Shown here: in pieces, positions 16,383 through 23,633 of the stretch | Layout of the letters: each line of letters opens with the position of its first letter | Numbering within the stretch: the first letter of the stretch is position 1 | Assembly (NCBI GenBank): GCA_018303045.1 | Contig: JAGVYX010000035.1 | Location: 1 to 47,877 of the forward strand | DNA length: 47,877 nt | Direction of reading: 5' to 3' | Source of the DNA: Candidatus Woesearchaeota archaeon | GTDB taxonomy: Archaea > Nanobdellota > Nanobdellia > Woesearchaeales > GW2011-AR9 | Position numbers and translations under genes: made by a program | The notes under the pieces: generated by a model | Told to the model about the DNA's origin: nothing | What the model saw: the letters and a program-made list of their open reading frames with translations, nothing else | Database searches by the model: none

Positions 16383-16464
16383 GATAGTATAATCCTTTGG
16401 CTGATAAAAACTATTTATTTAAGATTATAACTAACTAAGGAATCAGTCAGATATTAACACTGCC
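16383..16464 (-). mobile_element. 82-bp MITE, copy A (inverted relative to copies B and C)
   Basis: Its reverse complement differs from copy C at 3 positions. It is flanked by aaattcct / caattcct, a 7/8 matching 8-bp duplication. Confidence 0.8.
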
Positions 16465-16549
16465 CAATTCCTTAACAATCGAACTAAATTTTGTGAATTT
16501 CATATATACTAAATTGCGCGAAAGGTTTGATTTCTAGGGCAATTTACTA

Positions 16550-16648
16550 TATATAGATAATTCTCTTGATTGGGATACATTATTTTAATTATCCATCGTC
16601 AGATAACTCCTACTAAAATATACTCTAATTATTAGAATTATCTATATA
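16550..16648. repeat. 99-bp AT-rich element bounded by a perfect 15-bp inverted repeat (tatatagataattct / agaattatctatata)
   Basis: 16550-16564 is the exact reverse complement of 16634-16648. Confidence 0.6.
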
Positions 16649-16822
16649 AAAAATTAATGTTCTCTATGCTGTGTTGCATAATTCTAAAATTATTTAAAAT
16701 TCCCTGGAATTATACTGAAAATACTTAGAGTCTATCCTGTTAGGTATAAATAATAGTTGTTCTTTCTGATGCTTGGAGGTGAAAAATAAAGGGGTAAACT
16801 CTTCTGGGCTTAATAACAAAAG

Positions 16823-17047
16823 ATGATGGATGGAGAATTCCAGATAAACTCTGAGACATTTTGGAAGAAGCTTAAGAAAAATACACGAAAAAAAGCACGA
16901 CGCTGGGTCGTGGAAAAAACACACAGTTAAATGAATAGATTTCGCGGAATCCTTATACGTTGGTCAAAACGACCAGAGGCTTATATCGCAAAGCTACACC
17001 TAGCGTGCGGAGTGATAACAGGGAAGGCTACGTGTCTACAGGGATAG
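16823..17047 (+). pseudogene. Internally deleted IS5/IS4-family (DDE_Tnp_1) transposase relic with an in-frame TAA
   Basis: A single frame reads MMDGEFQINSETFWKKLKKNTRKKARRWVVEKTHS*MNRFRGILIRWSKRPEAYIAKLHLACGVITGKATCLQG*. RRWVVEKTHS-x-(M)NRFRGILIRWSKRPEAY..LHLAC matches the conserved C-terminal block of IS5-group transposases (RWVVERTF.WLNRFRRL..RYEK....Y). The Trp position is a TAA at 16928-16930. Confidence 0.6.
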
Positions 17048-17080
17048 GTTCTTAGTTTAACCAGATCCAGTTGGCAGGGG

Positions 17081-17707
17081 TTATTGATCATCGGCTACTC
17101 TCCGGACATATTCATCTATCTCTTTAGAGTCAGAATAATTATAATTGGTTATCCCGAAGTCTTTGAATTCGCCGAAATTATCAATGATTAGGTACGTTCC
17201 GTTAAGGCAGAAGTAAGCTGTTTCACAGACTTCGCTGCTTTCCTCGCAGTTCTGCAGCCGATGATCTCTCGGCACCCGAAGCGGCAATATTGTTCCTGGA
17301 CTGGGTTCATAGCGGATAAATCCGGTTTTGTTATTATTTTCCAGATATACACACTGAGTCTTGCAGTCATCTTCGAAATCCGGAGAGTCGCCTTCCTCAG
17401 TGTAAGGTATGAACGTTCCATTTTGCTGGAAGAGGGAAGACCAGTAACTTTCATGGCCATCATTTTCTGGAGGCTGGTTTTGGTGATGGTACGCAAATAG
17501 TTCCATTAGCCTAGGTCTCTTTTTTCTGGCCGTACTGGAGCGATGCGCTTCTAACGCTTCTTTTGAAGGAGGATTCTCTACTACGGCTTCAATTCCTGGC
17601 ATTGTTGTTGTGCTGGTAAGAGAATCAACAACCACCTTTAATCCGTAACTGATTCCCAACAGAGCTGTGGCTGAAACAATTAATGCTGGAAGATGTTTCC
17701 GGTTCAT
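17081..17707 (-). CDS. Hypothetical secreted/membrane-anchored Cys-containing protein
   Basis: I start it at MNRKHLPALIVSATALLGISYGL, a signal/anchor. The longer track ORF (to 17809) reads through the MITE at 17721-17830. Confidence 0.5.
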   Translation of the reverse strand: MNRKHLPALIVSATALLGISYGLKVVVDSLTSTTTMPGIEAVVENPPSKEALEAHRSSTARKKRPRLMELFAYHHQNQPPENDGHESYWSSLFQQNGTFIPYTEEGDSPDFEDDCKTQCVYLENNNKTGFIRYEPSPGTILPLRVPRDHRLQNCEESSEVCETAYFCLNGTYLIIDNFGEFKDFGITNYNYSDSKEIDEYVRRVADDQ

Positions 17708-17720
17708 TTTTGCAGATAAA

Positions 17721-17830
17721 TATACCAAAAGACTCAAAATTCCGAACAGAATTTTGTGCCTTTTGTATACACGAAAATAACAGATTATATTTTCGGTACT
17801 AAAAATCAATCGTTTATGTCCTTTGGTATA
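17721..17830 (+). mobile_element. TA-flanked MITE (family Z), copy 1
   Basis: Termini tataccaaaagac ... gtcctttggtata match 12/13 as an inverted repeat. The first 49 nt and last 18 nt are identical to the reverse complement of 35750-35843. An uninterrupted version of the flanks lies at 17971-18000. Confidence 0.7.
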
Positions 17831-18013
17831 TAATAAGGTTCTTTTATGTTAATTTATGTTAAACCTCGCATTAATTTGTTATAGATATAATCCTGATTTA
17901 AAAATTAACTGGTTTGGTTGGTGTTTTTGCAGGAGACCCTGCTCTTAAGAAAGCTAACTTAATACCTGCGTTTTGCAGATAAATATATAAGGTTCTTTTT
18001 ACTCATCTTAAGC

Positions 18014-18523
18014 ATGGAGAGATATCTGGTTATTGATCATCTGAAGTTGACTTATGAAGGATTATGCAATGCGCCGGAATTATTCTCTTTAATTCAGGAA
18101 TGGTTTTATGAAAAAGGATGGGACTGGCATGAAAGAACTAATCAGGAAACCACTACTCCGGAAGGAAAGCAGCTTCACCTGATTCTGGAGCCGTATAAAA
18201 ATGTCAGCAATGATCATCGGCTGATGGTCAAAATTACTTTAAATGCCACTAATCTTAAAGATGTGGAAGTGGAATTGGAAGGCAAAACCGTTCATTCGCA
18301 GCAGGGCGTAATCAGAATGATTATTGATGGCTATGTGTTCAGCGATCGGAAAGGCCAATGGGACAGCCGGCCATTCTACTGGTTTTTAGGAATGGTTTTA
18401 GAAAAATATTTTTATAAAGAGCATTTTAGGCGGTTTGAGACCTGGCTGAAAAGCGATGTCAGCGATTTGTATGACCGAATAAAAAGTTATTTGAACACTT
18501 ACAAATATACCTATCAGCATTAA
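18014..18523 (+). CDS. Hypothetical protein, paralog A of a two-member local family
   Basis: It shares motif order with 18727-19296: G.....E...E..G..L.L.L.PYK ... G.VR(I/M) ... W...P..YFL.GV..KY(L/F)Y. Confidence 0.55.
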   Translation: MERYLVIDHLKLTYEGLCNAPELFSLIQEWFYEKGWDWHERTNQETTTPEGKQLHLILEPYKNVSNDHRLMVKITLNATNLKDVEVELEGKTVHSQQGVIRMIIDGYVFSDRKGQWDSRPFYWFLGMVLEKYFYKEHFRRFETWLKSDVSDLYDRIKSYLNTYKYTYQH

Positions 18524-18527
18524 ACAT

Positions 18528-18708
18528 GGATAGCATCAATTTACGAGCGGAACAATCGCTTACTAAAGCGCCTGCGGAAGGGGACGTTCCTTACACGAAA
18601 ATAAACGACGATTTATTTTCGGTACTGAAAATTGATCGCTGTCAATTTTCATGTACGGGAAGGAGCCGCATATAATATTCAGAAGCGCAGAGCGAGTCGA
18701 TGCTATCC
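18528..18708 (+). repeat. Structured element X, copy 1 (candidate ncRNA/leader), carrying a 64-nt nested insert
   Basis: The outer stem ggatagcatc / gatgctatcc is 10 bp and perfect. The interior is homologous to 34220-34343. See findings. Confidence 0.6.
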
Positions 18709-18726
18709 CTGCTGTAGTCATTAAAT

Positions 18727-19296
18727 ATGGATGAAATACAATTTACTCGGGATTTATTGGTCAGCAATAAAGAGCTGGTTTATACTGGTATCTTTAAACT
18801 TGATGACCTATATAAAGATATTAACCGCGTAGTTGAAGCTCGGGGATATACTCAGCGAGAGAAACGATCGGAAGAAGCCGTTGCCGAAGCAGGCAGGAAA
18901 ATATATCTGGAATTAAGGCCCTACAAATTCTTTACGCCGGAGATTAAGCTGCTGATTAAGATTAAAATTGATTTAGGCCCGGTTTCTGAAAGCAAGCATC
19001 AGGGAGAACTGTATCAGCGGGGGGATGTTCGTATTGTCTTGGATGCCTGGTACATGACCAATTATCGGAAGCGCTGGTATAACAAGCCATTAACCTATTT
19101 CCTAAAAGGCGTTATTAACAAGTATCTCTATCAATGGCCGGAAGAAAAAGATTCCCGGGAGATGCTGGTTTCGGATGCGGCGGCAATTTATGCTGTGATT
19201 AAAAAATTATTCCGGACGTATCAGCCGGAAGCTAAGAAATATTCTTCAGAAGAAGAGGTAATCCAAGAAGTGGAGAAGGAGATTGGGAAAGGTTAA
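18727..19296 (+). CDS. Hypothetical protein, paralog B
   Basis: See 18014-18523. It has an added acidic C-terminal tail. Confidence 0.55.
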   Translation: MDEIQFTRDLLVSNKELVYTGIFKLDDLYKDINRVVEARGYTQREKRSEEAVAEAGRKIYLELRPYKFFTPEIKLLIKIKIDLGPVSESKHQGELYQRGDVRIVLDAWYMTNYRKRWYNKPLTYFLKGVINKYLYQWPEEKDSREMLVSDAAAIYAVIKKLFRTYQPEAKKYSSEEEVIQEVEKEIGKG

Positions 19297-19297
19297 G

Positions 19298-19966
19298 TTA
19301 GGACTTATCTTTCTTGCGCTTTTTTTCCGGAATAAAATAATGGCCCTTCTGGTGCTGTTTCTCTAAAACTTTGCCGCCAGCTTCAGACTCATCCAAAATT
19401 TTGATAGCGTTTTCTAATCCCAAAGCATCCTTGTTGATAAAATCCAGTTTGCTCTTTTGCTTTTTTTCAACATACCCCATCAGGTCTCCGATATGTTCTG
19501 GCCGTAAGTGTTCTGCTGGAACAGAAAGAAGATTTTCTGCTAAATTTTTCATTAACGTCGGCCTTAATTTTAGATTGAAATAATCAAAGGTAAAGCCTTC
19601 TCCAAGGTCTTTAATGTGCCGGTAAATATCCTGATAAGTAGCGCCGCCTACTAACCTGGCGATCATTTTGTCTTCAGCTTCATCTGATTTCTGTTCCTTT
19701 CCCTCTTTTCCTTTTTTAGGCTTAATGTTGAAATGCTGTTTAGCGACACTAATATAAGCATCAGACATATGTTTGGCCATCGCTTTTTGCTTATCATCAT
19801 TCTCCAGAAGCTCCATTTTTAATCGGCCATCTTCCATTAAGTGCTGGCCAGCAGCTTCATCATAAATCTGCCGATGGCTTCTTTCATAAGTATGAAGCAT
19901 CTGAAAAACTTTCTTTTTTAAGCGATAATATTTATCGGCAGGATGTTCTTCTTTCTTTTCAGCCAT
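19298..19966 (-). CDS. Hypothetical Lys-rich protein (222 aa)
   Basis: ORF only. Confidence 0.45.
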   Translation of the reverse strand: MAEKKEEHPADKYYRLKKKVFQMLHTYERSHRQIYDEAAGQHLMEDGRLKMELLENDDKQKAMAKHMSDAYISVAKQHFNIKPKKGKEGKEQKSDEAEDKMIARLVGGATYQDIYRHIKDLGEGFTFDYFNLKLRPTLMKNLAENLLSVPAEHLRPEHIGDLMGYVEKKQKSKLDFINKDALGLENAIKILDESEAGGKVLEKQHQKGHYFIPEKKRKKDKS

Positions 19967-20056
19967 GGTTAAGAATAAAGTAAATGAAAGTATAAATAGT
20001 TTTCTAACTAAGCATTAAATAAAATGAAGAAAATGAAGAAGAATAAATTATAAAAA

Positions 20057-20653
20057 TTATGGTCTAGTCGGCGCTTTCATGTACGGTTTAGATCCGATTT
20101 CAGCTAATTTTTCATCCAAACTTTTCTTAGCATCAGTCAAGCCAATTAATTGAGCTTTATCCTGCAATCCTAATTTGCTGGCATCTAAAATTGCAATACT
20201 TGCATAATTTCCAATTTCGGCAGCGCTAACTGAATCTAAGACTTCACCCAAAAATCCAGATTTAGCTTCTAAAGCTTGTTTCCATCCAGTATTCTTATCA
20301 ACTGTTGCCATAAAACCTTCATAACTGAAGTTGTCTTTCGCTTGGTCCACTAAACCGGTTACGAAAGCTGGCTGAAAGCCATAAGCTCCATTAAGCAATT
20401 CTCCTCGAGCTATTCTCGGATCATCAGGCATACCAGCAATAGCTGCAGTATAGGGCGCAGCTAATTCGTTATTAATTGTTTCTGTAAAGGTTCTTCGTCT
20501 ATGTTCATCATTTAACATACCGGGATCTATGTATTGTCCTTCAACAATCGTTCCTAAGGCTTGGTCCACGGCCATACGCAGTCTGCGTTTTTGAGTTTCC
20601 TCAGCATTTTTTGCTATTTTTTCAGCATCTTTAAAATCTTGTACGGTTGCCAT
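20057..20653 (-). CDS. Hypothetical protein (198 aa)
   Basis: ORF only. Confidence 0.45.
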   Translation of the reverse strand: MATVQDFKDAEKIAKNAEETQKRRLRMAVDQALGTIVEGQYIDPGMLNDEHRRRTFTETINNELAAPYTAAIAGMPDDPRIARGELLNGAYGFQPAFVTGLVDQAKDNFSYEGFMATVDKNTGWKQALEAKSGFLGEVLDSVSAAEIGNYASIAILDASKLGLQDKAQLIGLTDAKKSLDEKLAEIGSKPYMKAPTRP

Positions 20654-20735
20654 TTTTATTATTTAATTTACCTCGCTTTTTAATATAGCAAATGTGTTAA
20701 ATATTCATGCATTTATCCACACACATTTGCTTATT

Positions 20736-20776
20736 AGTAATTGTGAAATAAAGTTCGATAATTACTCACAATTACT
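20736..20776. promoter_or_regulatory. Candidate operator: 11-bp perfect inverted repeat agtaattgtga-N19-tcacaattact
   Basis: 20736-20746 is the reverse complement of 20766-20776. It lies about 85 nt upstream of the minus-strand start at 20653. Confidence 0.3.
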
Positions 20777-20995
20777 CTTTACAGTAACAACTACCTCTGG
20801 CGGCGATGCGGGCATTTTCCACGAACCCCAGAGGCGTCCAAAAGCCTTTAAGGAAGGTTTCATCAATTCGGTTTCTGCCTGTTCCGCTGTAAGCAACTCC
20901 TTGTGGAGGAGTTTATTGACCAAAACGCCCCGCTTTTGAGGGAAATGCTTATAAAAGAACAAACTATCTACTACAAAATCTATTTAAAATGCCCC

Positions 20996-22852
20996 ATGGC
21001 TAAAAAACAGGCCAAAGCGGAAGAAAAGAAAGCTGAGGAAACTCAGCCTAAGATTCCTCCGGAATTGGAACAGAAACTAAAAGCTATTAAAGCTAAGTTA
21101 GATACCTTTAAAAAACAGGTTCTGGATAAATTCGGGGATTATATTATTGGCATTACTTTGCTGCCTCCGGAAAATATTCCTCCAGACGCTTCTGAACAAA
21201 CCAATCCGGAAAAGCCTAAAGCTGAAAAGCCCAATCCGGACCGAATTGATTTATTGCTGGTAGTTGATGATACTGACAGCAAAAAGATGTCTAAAAACGA
21301 ATTGCATCAGAAAATTTCGGAAATTGTCAAAAAATTCGCCGAGGAAATTGATAAGAATATCACTCCTCAGGTTGCATTGTTAACCGACTTATGGCAGAAT
21401 TGTTATGATGCCAAATACGATTTAAACCGGCTGATTTCTCTGGGCGCGCCAATTCATGACACAGGAATGCTGGCAGCCATTAAAATTGCTGAAATACATA
21501 AGACGATGGTGCTGAAGAAGTTTGAAAAATATATCGTTAGTTACGTCTTAGCCGGCTCTTTGGTGCAGGGCAAGGCCACCGCCAGCTCAGATATCGATGT
21601 CTGGATTGTTATTGACGATACCGATGTTAAAAAAATGACGCGGGTGGAACTGAAGGATAAATTGCGGGCGATTATCATCGGCATGGGGGCTGAGGCAGGA
21701 GAATTAACCGGGATTAAAAATAAGTTAAATATTCAGGCTTGGATTCTGACGGAGTATTGGGACGCTCTGAAAGAAGCCAACCCCATTATGTTTACCTTAT
21801 TGAGAGACGGGGTTCCCTTTTATGACCGGGGAATGTTTATGCCTTGGAAGCAGCTGCTGAGGATGGGCCGGATTAAACCCAGTAGAGAAGCTATTGACTT
21901 ATTCATGAGCGCCGGCGAGCAAAGCATGAGCCGCATTAAGATTAGGCTGAATGAAATGGGCATGGAGGATACTTTTTATGCGATTTTAACGCCCAGCCAG
22001 GCCGCGATTATGCTGTATGGCTTGCCGCCGCCCACTCCTAAAGAAACTCCCGATGTTTTAGAAGAGATTTTTGTAAAAAAAGAAAAATTATTGGAGAAGG
22101 AATATGTAGACATTTTAAGAAGAAACGTCAAGGTTAGAAAAGATATTGAACATGGCGATTTGAAACAATTATCGGGCACTGAATTGGATAAATTAGTTCA
22201 TGACGGCGAGAAATTCTTAAAGCGGATCAGGGAATTATTCCAGGAAATTGAAAAGCGGCATACTGAAAACAGCATTATAACTCTCTATGATGAAATTGTT
22301 ACCATCATCCGGGATGTCCTTAAAGTTGAAGGAGTGGAAAGAGCCCATGACACGGAAATTATCAAATTATTTGAATCGGAATTGATTTCCACCGGGAAGG
22401 TTCCGGCCCGCTTTTTGCGCGATTTAAATGAAATTGTAGCGGCTAAAAAGAAATATGATGATAAAAAATTGACTAAAAATGATATTGAAAAAGCCCGCAA
22501 GGGCAGCGGCGAATTAATTAAATTTCTAATCGAATACCTGCAGCGCAAGCGCGGGCAGGAATTAGAGCGAACCAGAATCCGGGTTAAGCATGGGGAGACT
22601 TATGGCGAAGTTATTTTACTGGAAGATATGGCTTTTGTCATCCATGATATTGATGATAAACAGCAGAGAATTGAAAAGGCTAAGCTTAATGAAAATGGCA
22701 GCTTGGGGCCTTTGGCTGAAGCTTCCTTGGAAGAATTTGAGAAAAAACTAGCTTCCATAACTTTGCCTAAGCGGGTGTTTATTAAAGAACCGATTTTTGA
22801 AGATCTGAAGAATATTTTTGGCCGGGATGTGGAAGTGCTGGTGCATTATTAA
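20996..22852 (+). CDS. Nucleotidyltransferase-domain protein (Pol-beta superfamily), with a degenerate plus an intact NTase module and a long helical C-terminus
   Basis: LAGSLVQGKATASSDIDVWIVIDDTD is the G-S-x(9-10)-D-x-D motif. An earlier DRIDLLLVVDDTDSKKMSKNEL looks like a degenerate copy. I start at MAKKQAKAEEKK, and the start is uncertain. Confidence 0.55.
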   Translation: MAKKQAKAEEKKAEETQPKIPPELEQKLKAIKAKLDTFKKQVLDKFGDYIIGITLLPPENIPPDASEQTNPEKPKAEKPNPDRIDLLLVVDDTDSKKMSKNELHQKISEIVKKFAEEIDKNITPQVALLTDLWQNCYDAKYDLNRLISLGAPIHDTGMLAAIKIAEIHKTMVLKKFEKYIVSYVLAGSLVQGKATASSDIDVWIVIDDTDVKKMTRVELKDKLRAIIIGMGAEAGELTGIKNKLNIQAWILTEYWDALKEANPIMFTLLRDGVPFYDRGMFMPWKQLLRMGRIKPSREAIDLFMSAGEQSMSRIKIRLNEMGMEDTFYAILTPSQAAIMLYGLPPPTPKETPDVLEEIFVKKEKLLEKEYVDILRRNVKVRKDIEHGDLKQLSGTELDKLVHDGEKFLKRIRELFQEIEKRHTENSIITLYDEIVTIIRDVLKVEGVERAHDTEIIKLFESELISTGKVPARFLRDLNEIVAAKKKYDDKKLTKNDIEKARKGSGELIKFLIEYLQRKRGQELERTRIRVKHGETYGEVILLEDMAFVIHDIDDKQQRIEKAKLNENGSLGPLAEASLEEFEKKLASITLPKRVFIKEPIFEDLKNIFGRDVEVLVHY

Positions 22853-22895
22853 AGCCGGGGCGGTTTCACGTATTTTTAGGATATTAATTAGCCTT

Positions 22896-22936
22896 AGAGA
22901 ACTTTGTCGATAAAAAATAAATTATTCAAAATTCTC
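22896..22936. repeat. Compact form of the dispersed intergenic motif (AGAGAACTTTGTCGATAAAAAATAAATTATTCAAAATTCTC)
   Basis: Both halves are contiguous here. It lies 44 nt 3' of the stop at 22852. Confidence 0.65.
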
Positions 22937-22987
22937 CTTACATTTATTAGAATGACCTGCTCTAGGCTGTTTTTAACTTAGAAACGA

Positions 22988-23395
22988 TCACTGTATCTGA
23001 GCTAATTCTTTAGAACTTAATATTGGCCAAGCCCAGTTCCGCTTCTTGTATACTGCCTGCAATCCGGCAATAGCGGCATTCAAAATCTTTAATTTCCTTT
23101 CAGCTATAGTTTTAATGTTAGCCTGTACGTCAATTATGGGAGCTTTGCCTTCTACTAAAATATCTCTATGGACCGAACCGGAAACGGAAGAAACGACTCT
23201 TCTTCTGGGCCTTTGCAGATCCAGCTGGACTTTTATTTTAATTTTTAATAGTTCTTTAACTGCTTCATCTGCTTCTAGGTTAGTATCGGCATCAAATGCG
23301 TATTGGAAATAATCTTTAACTTGTTTTTCTTCAAATCGTTCCAAATCTGCTTCTTCGTCAGCATCTAAAGATTTTTCACTCATATTCAAATCCAA
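22988..23395 (-). CDS. Hypothetical acidic protein (135 aa)
   Basis: ORF only. Confidence 0.45.
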   Translation of the reverse strand: MDLNMSEKSLDADEEADLERFEEKQVKDYFQYAFDADTNLEADEAVKELLKIKIKVQLDLQRPRRRVVSSVSGSVHRDILVEGKAPIIDVQANIKTIAERKLKILNAAIAGLQAVYKKRNWAWPILSSKELAQIQ

Positions 23396-23633
23396 ATTAT
23401 TAACTTATTTGAATCATTAAGTAATTTATTCTATTTAAATTTTTATGTAAAATGGGCCGAAATCTGCCAGTGAAAGATAGTTTTCGATTGATTATAAAAC
23501 TTTACAAAAGCTTTACAGAAAGTATTAAAAATCAAGGATGTTTAGACTTTCCTAGACTGAAAATAGCTTTAAAAAGTATCTTTATAAAGTAAATTTGATT
23601 AGCACTCCTATAAAGCTTGCGGAGGGATGTTCC

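Noticed and set aside
16694-16924. Track ORF 16694-16924 (-) as a gene
   Set aside because: It is antisense to the IS5-type transposase relic, which has real family motifs on the + strand. No motif or SD supports the minus ORF.
17708-17809. N-terminal 34 codons of track ORF 17081-17809
   Set aside because: The extension is read through MITE Z copy 1. The internal Met at 17707 is followed by a proper signal/anchor sequence.
20903-20995. Start of the NTase protein at 20903
   Set aside because: The first 31 codons overlap the ambiguous both-strand ORF region. The Lys/Ala/Glu-rich MAKKQAKAEEKK at 20996 looks like a natural N-terminus, but the choice remains uncertain.
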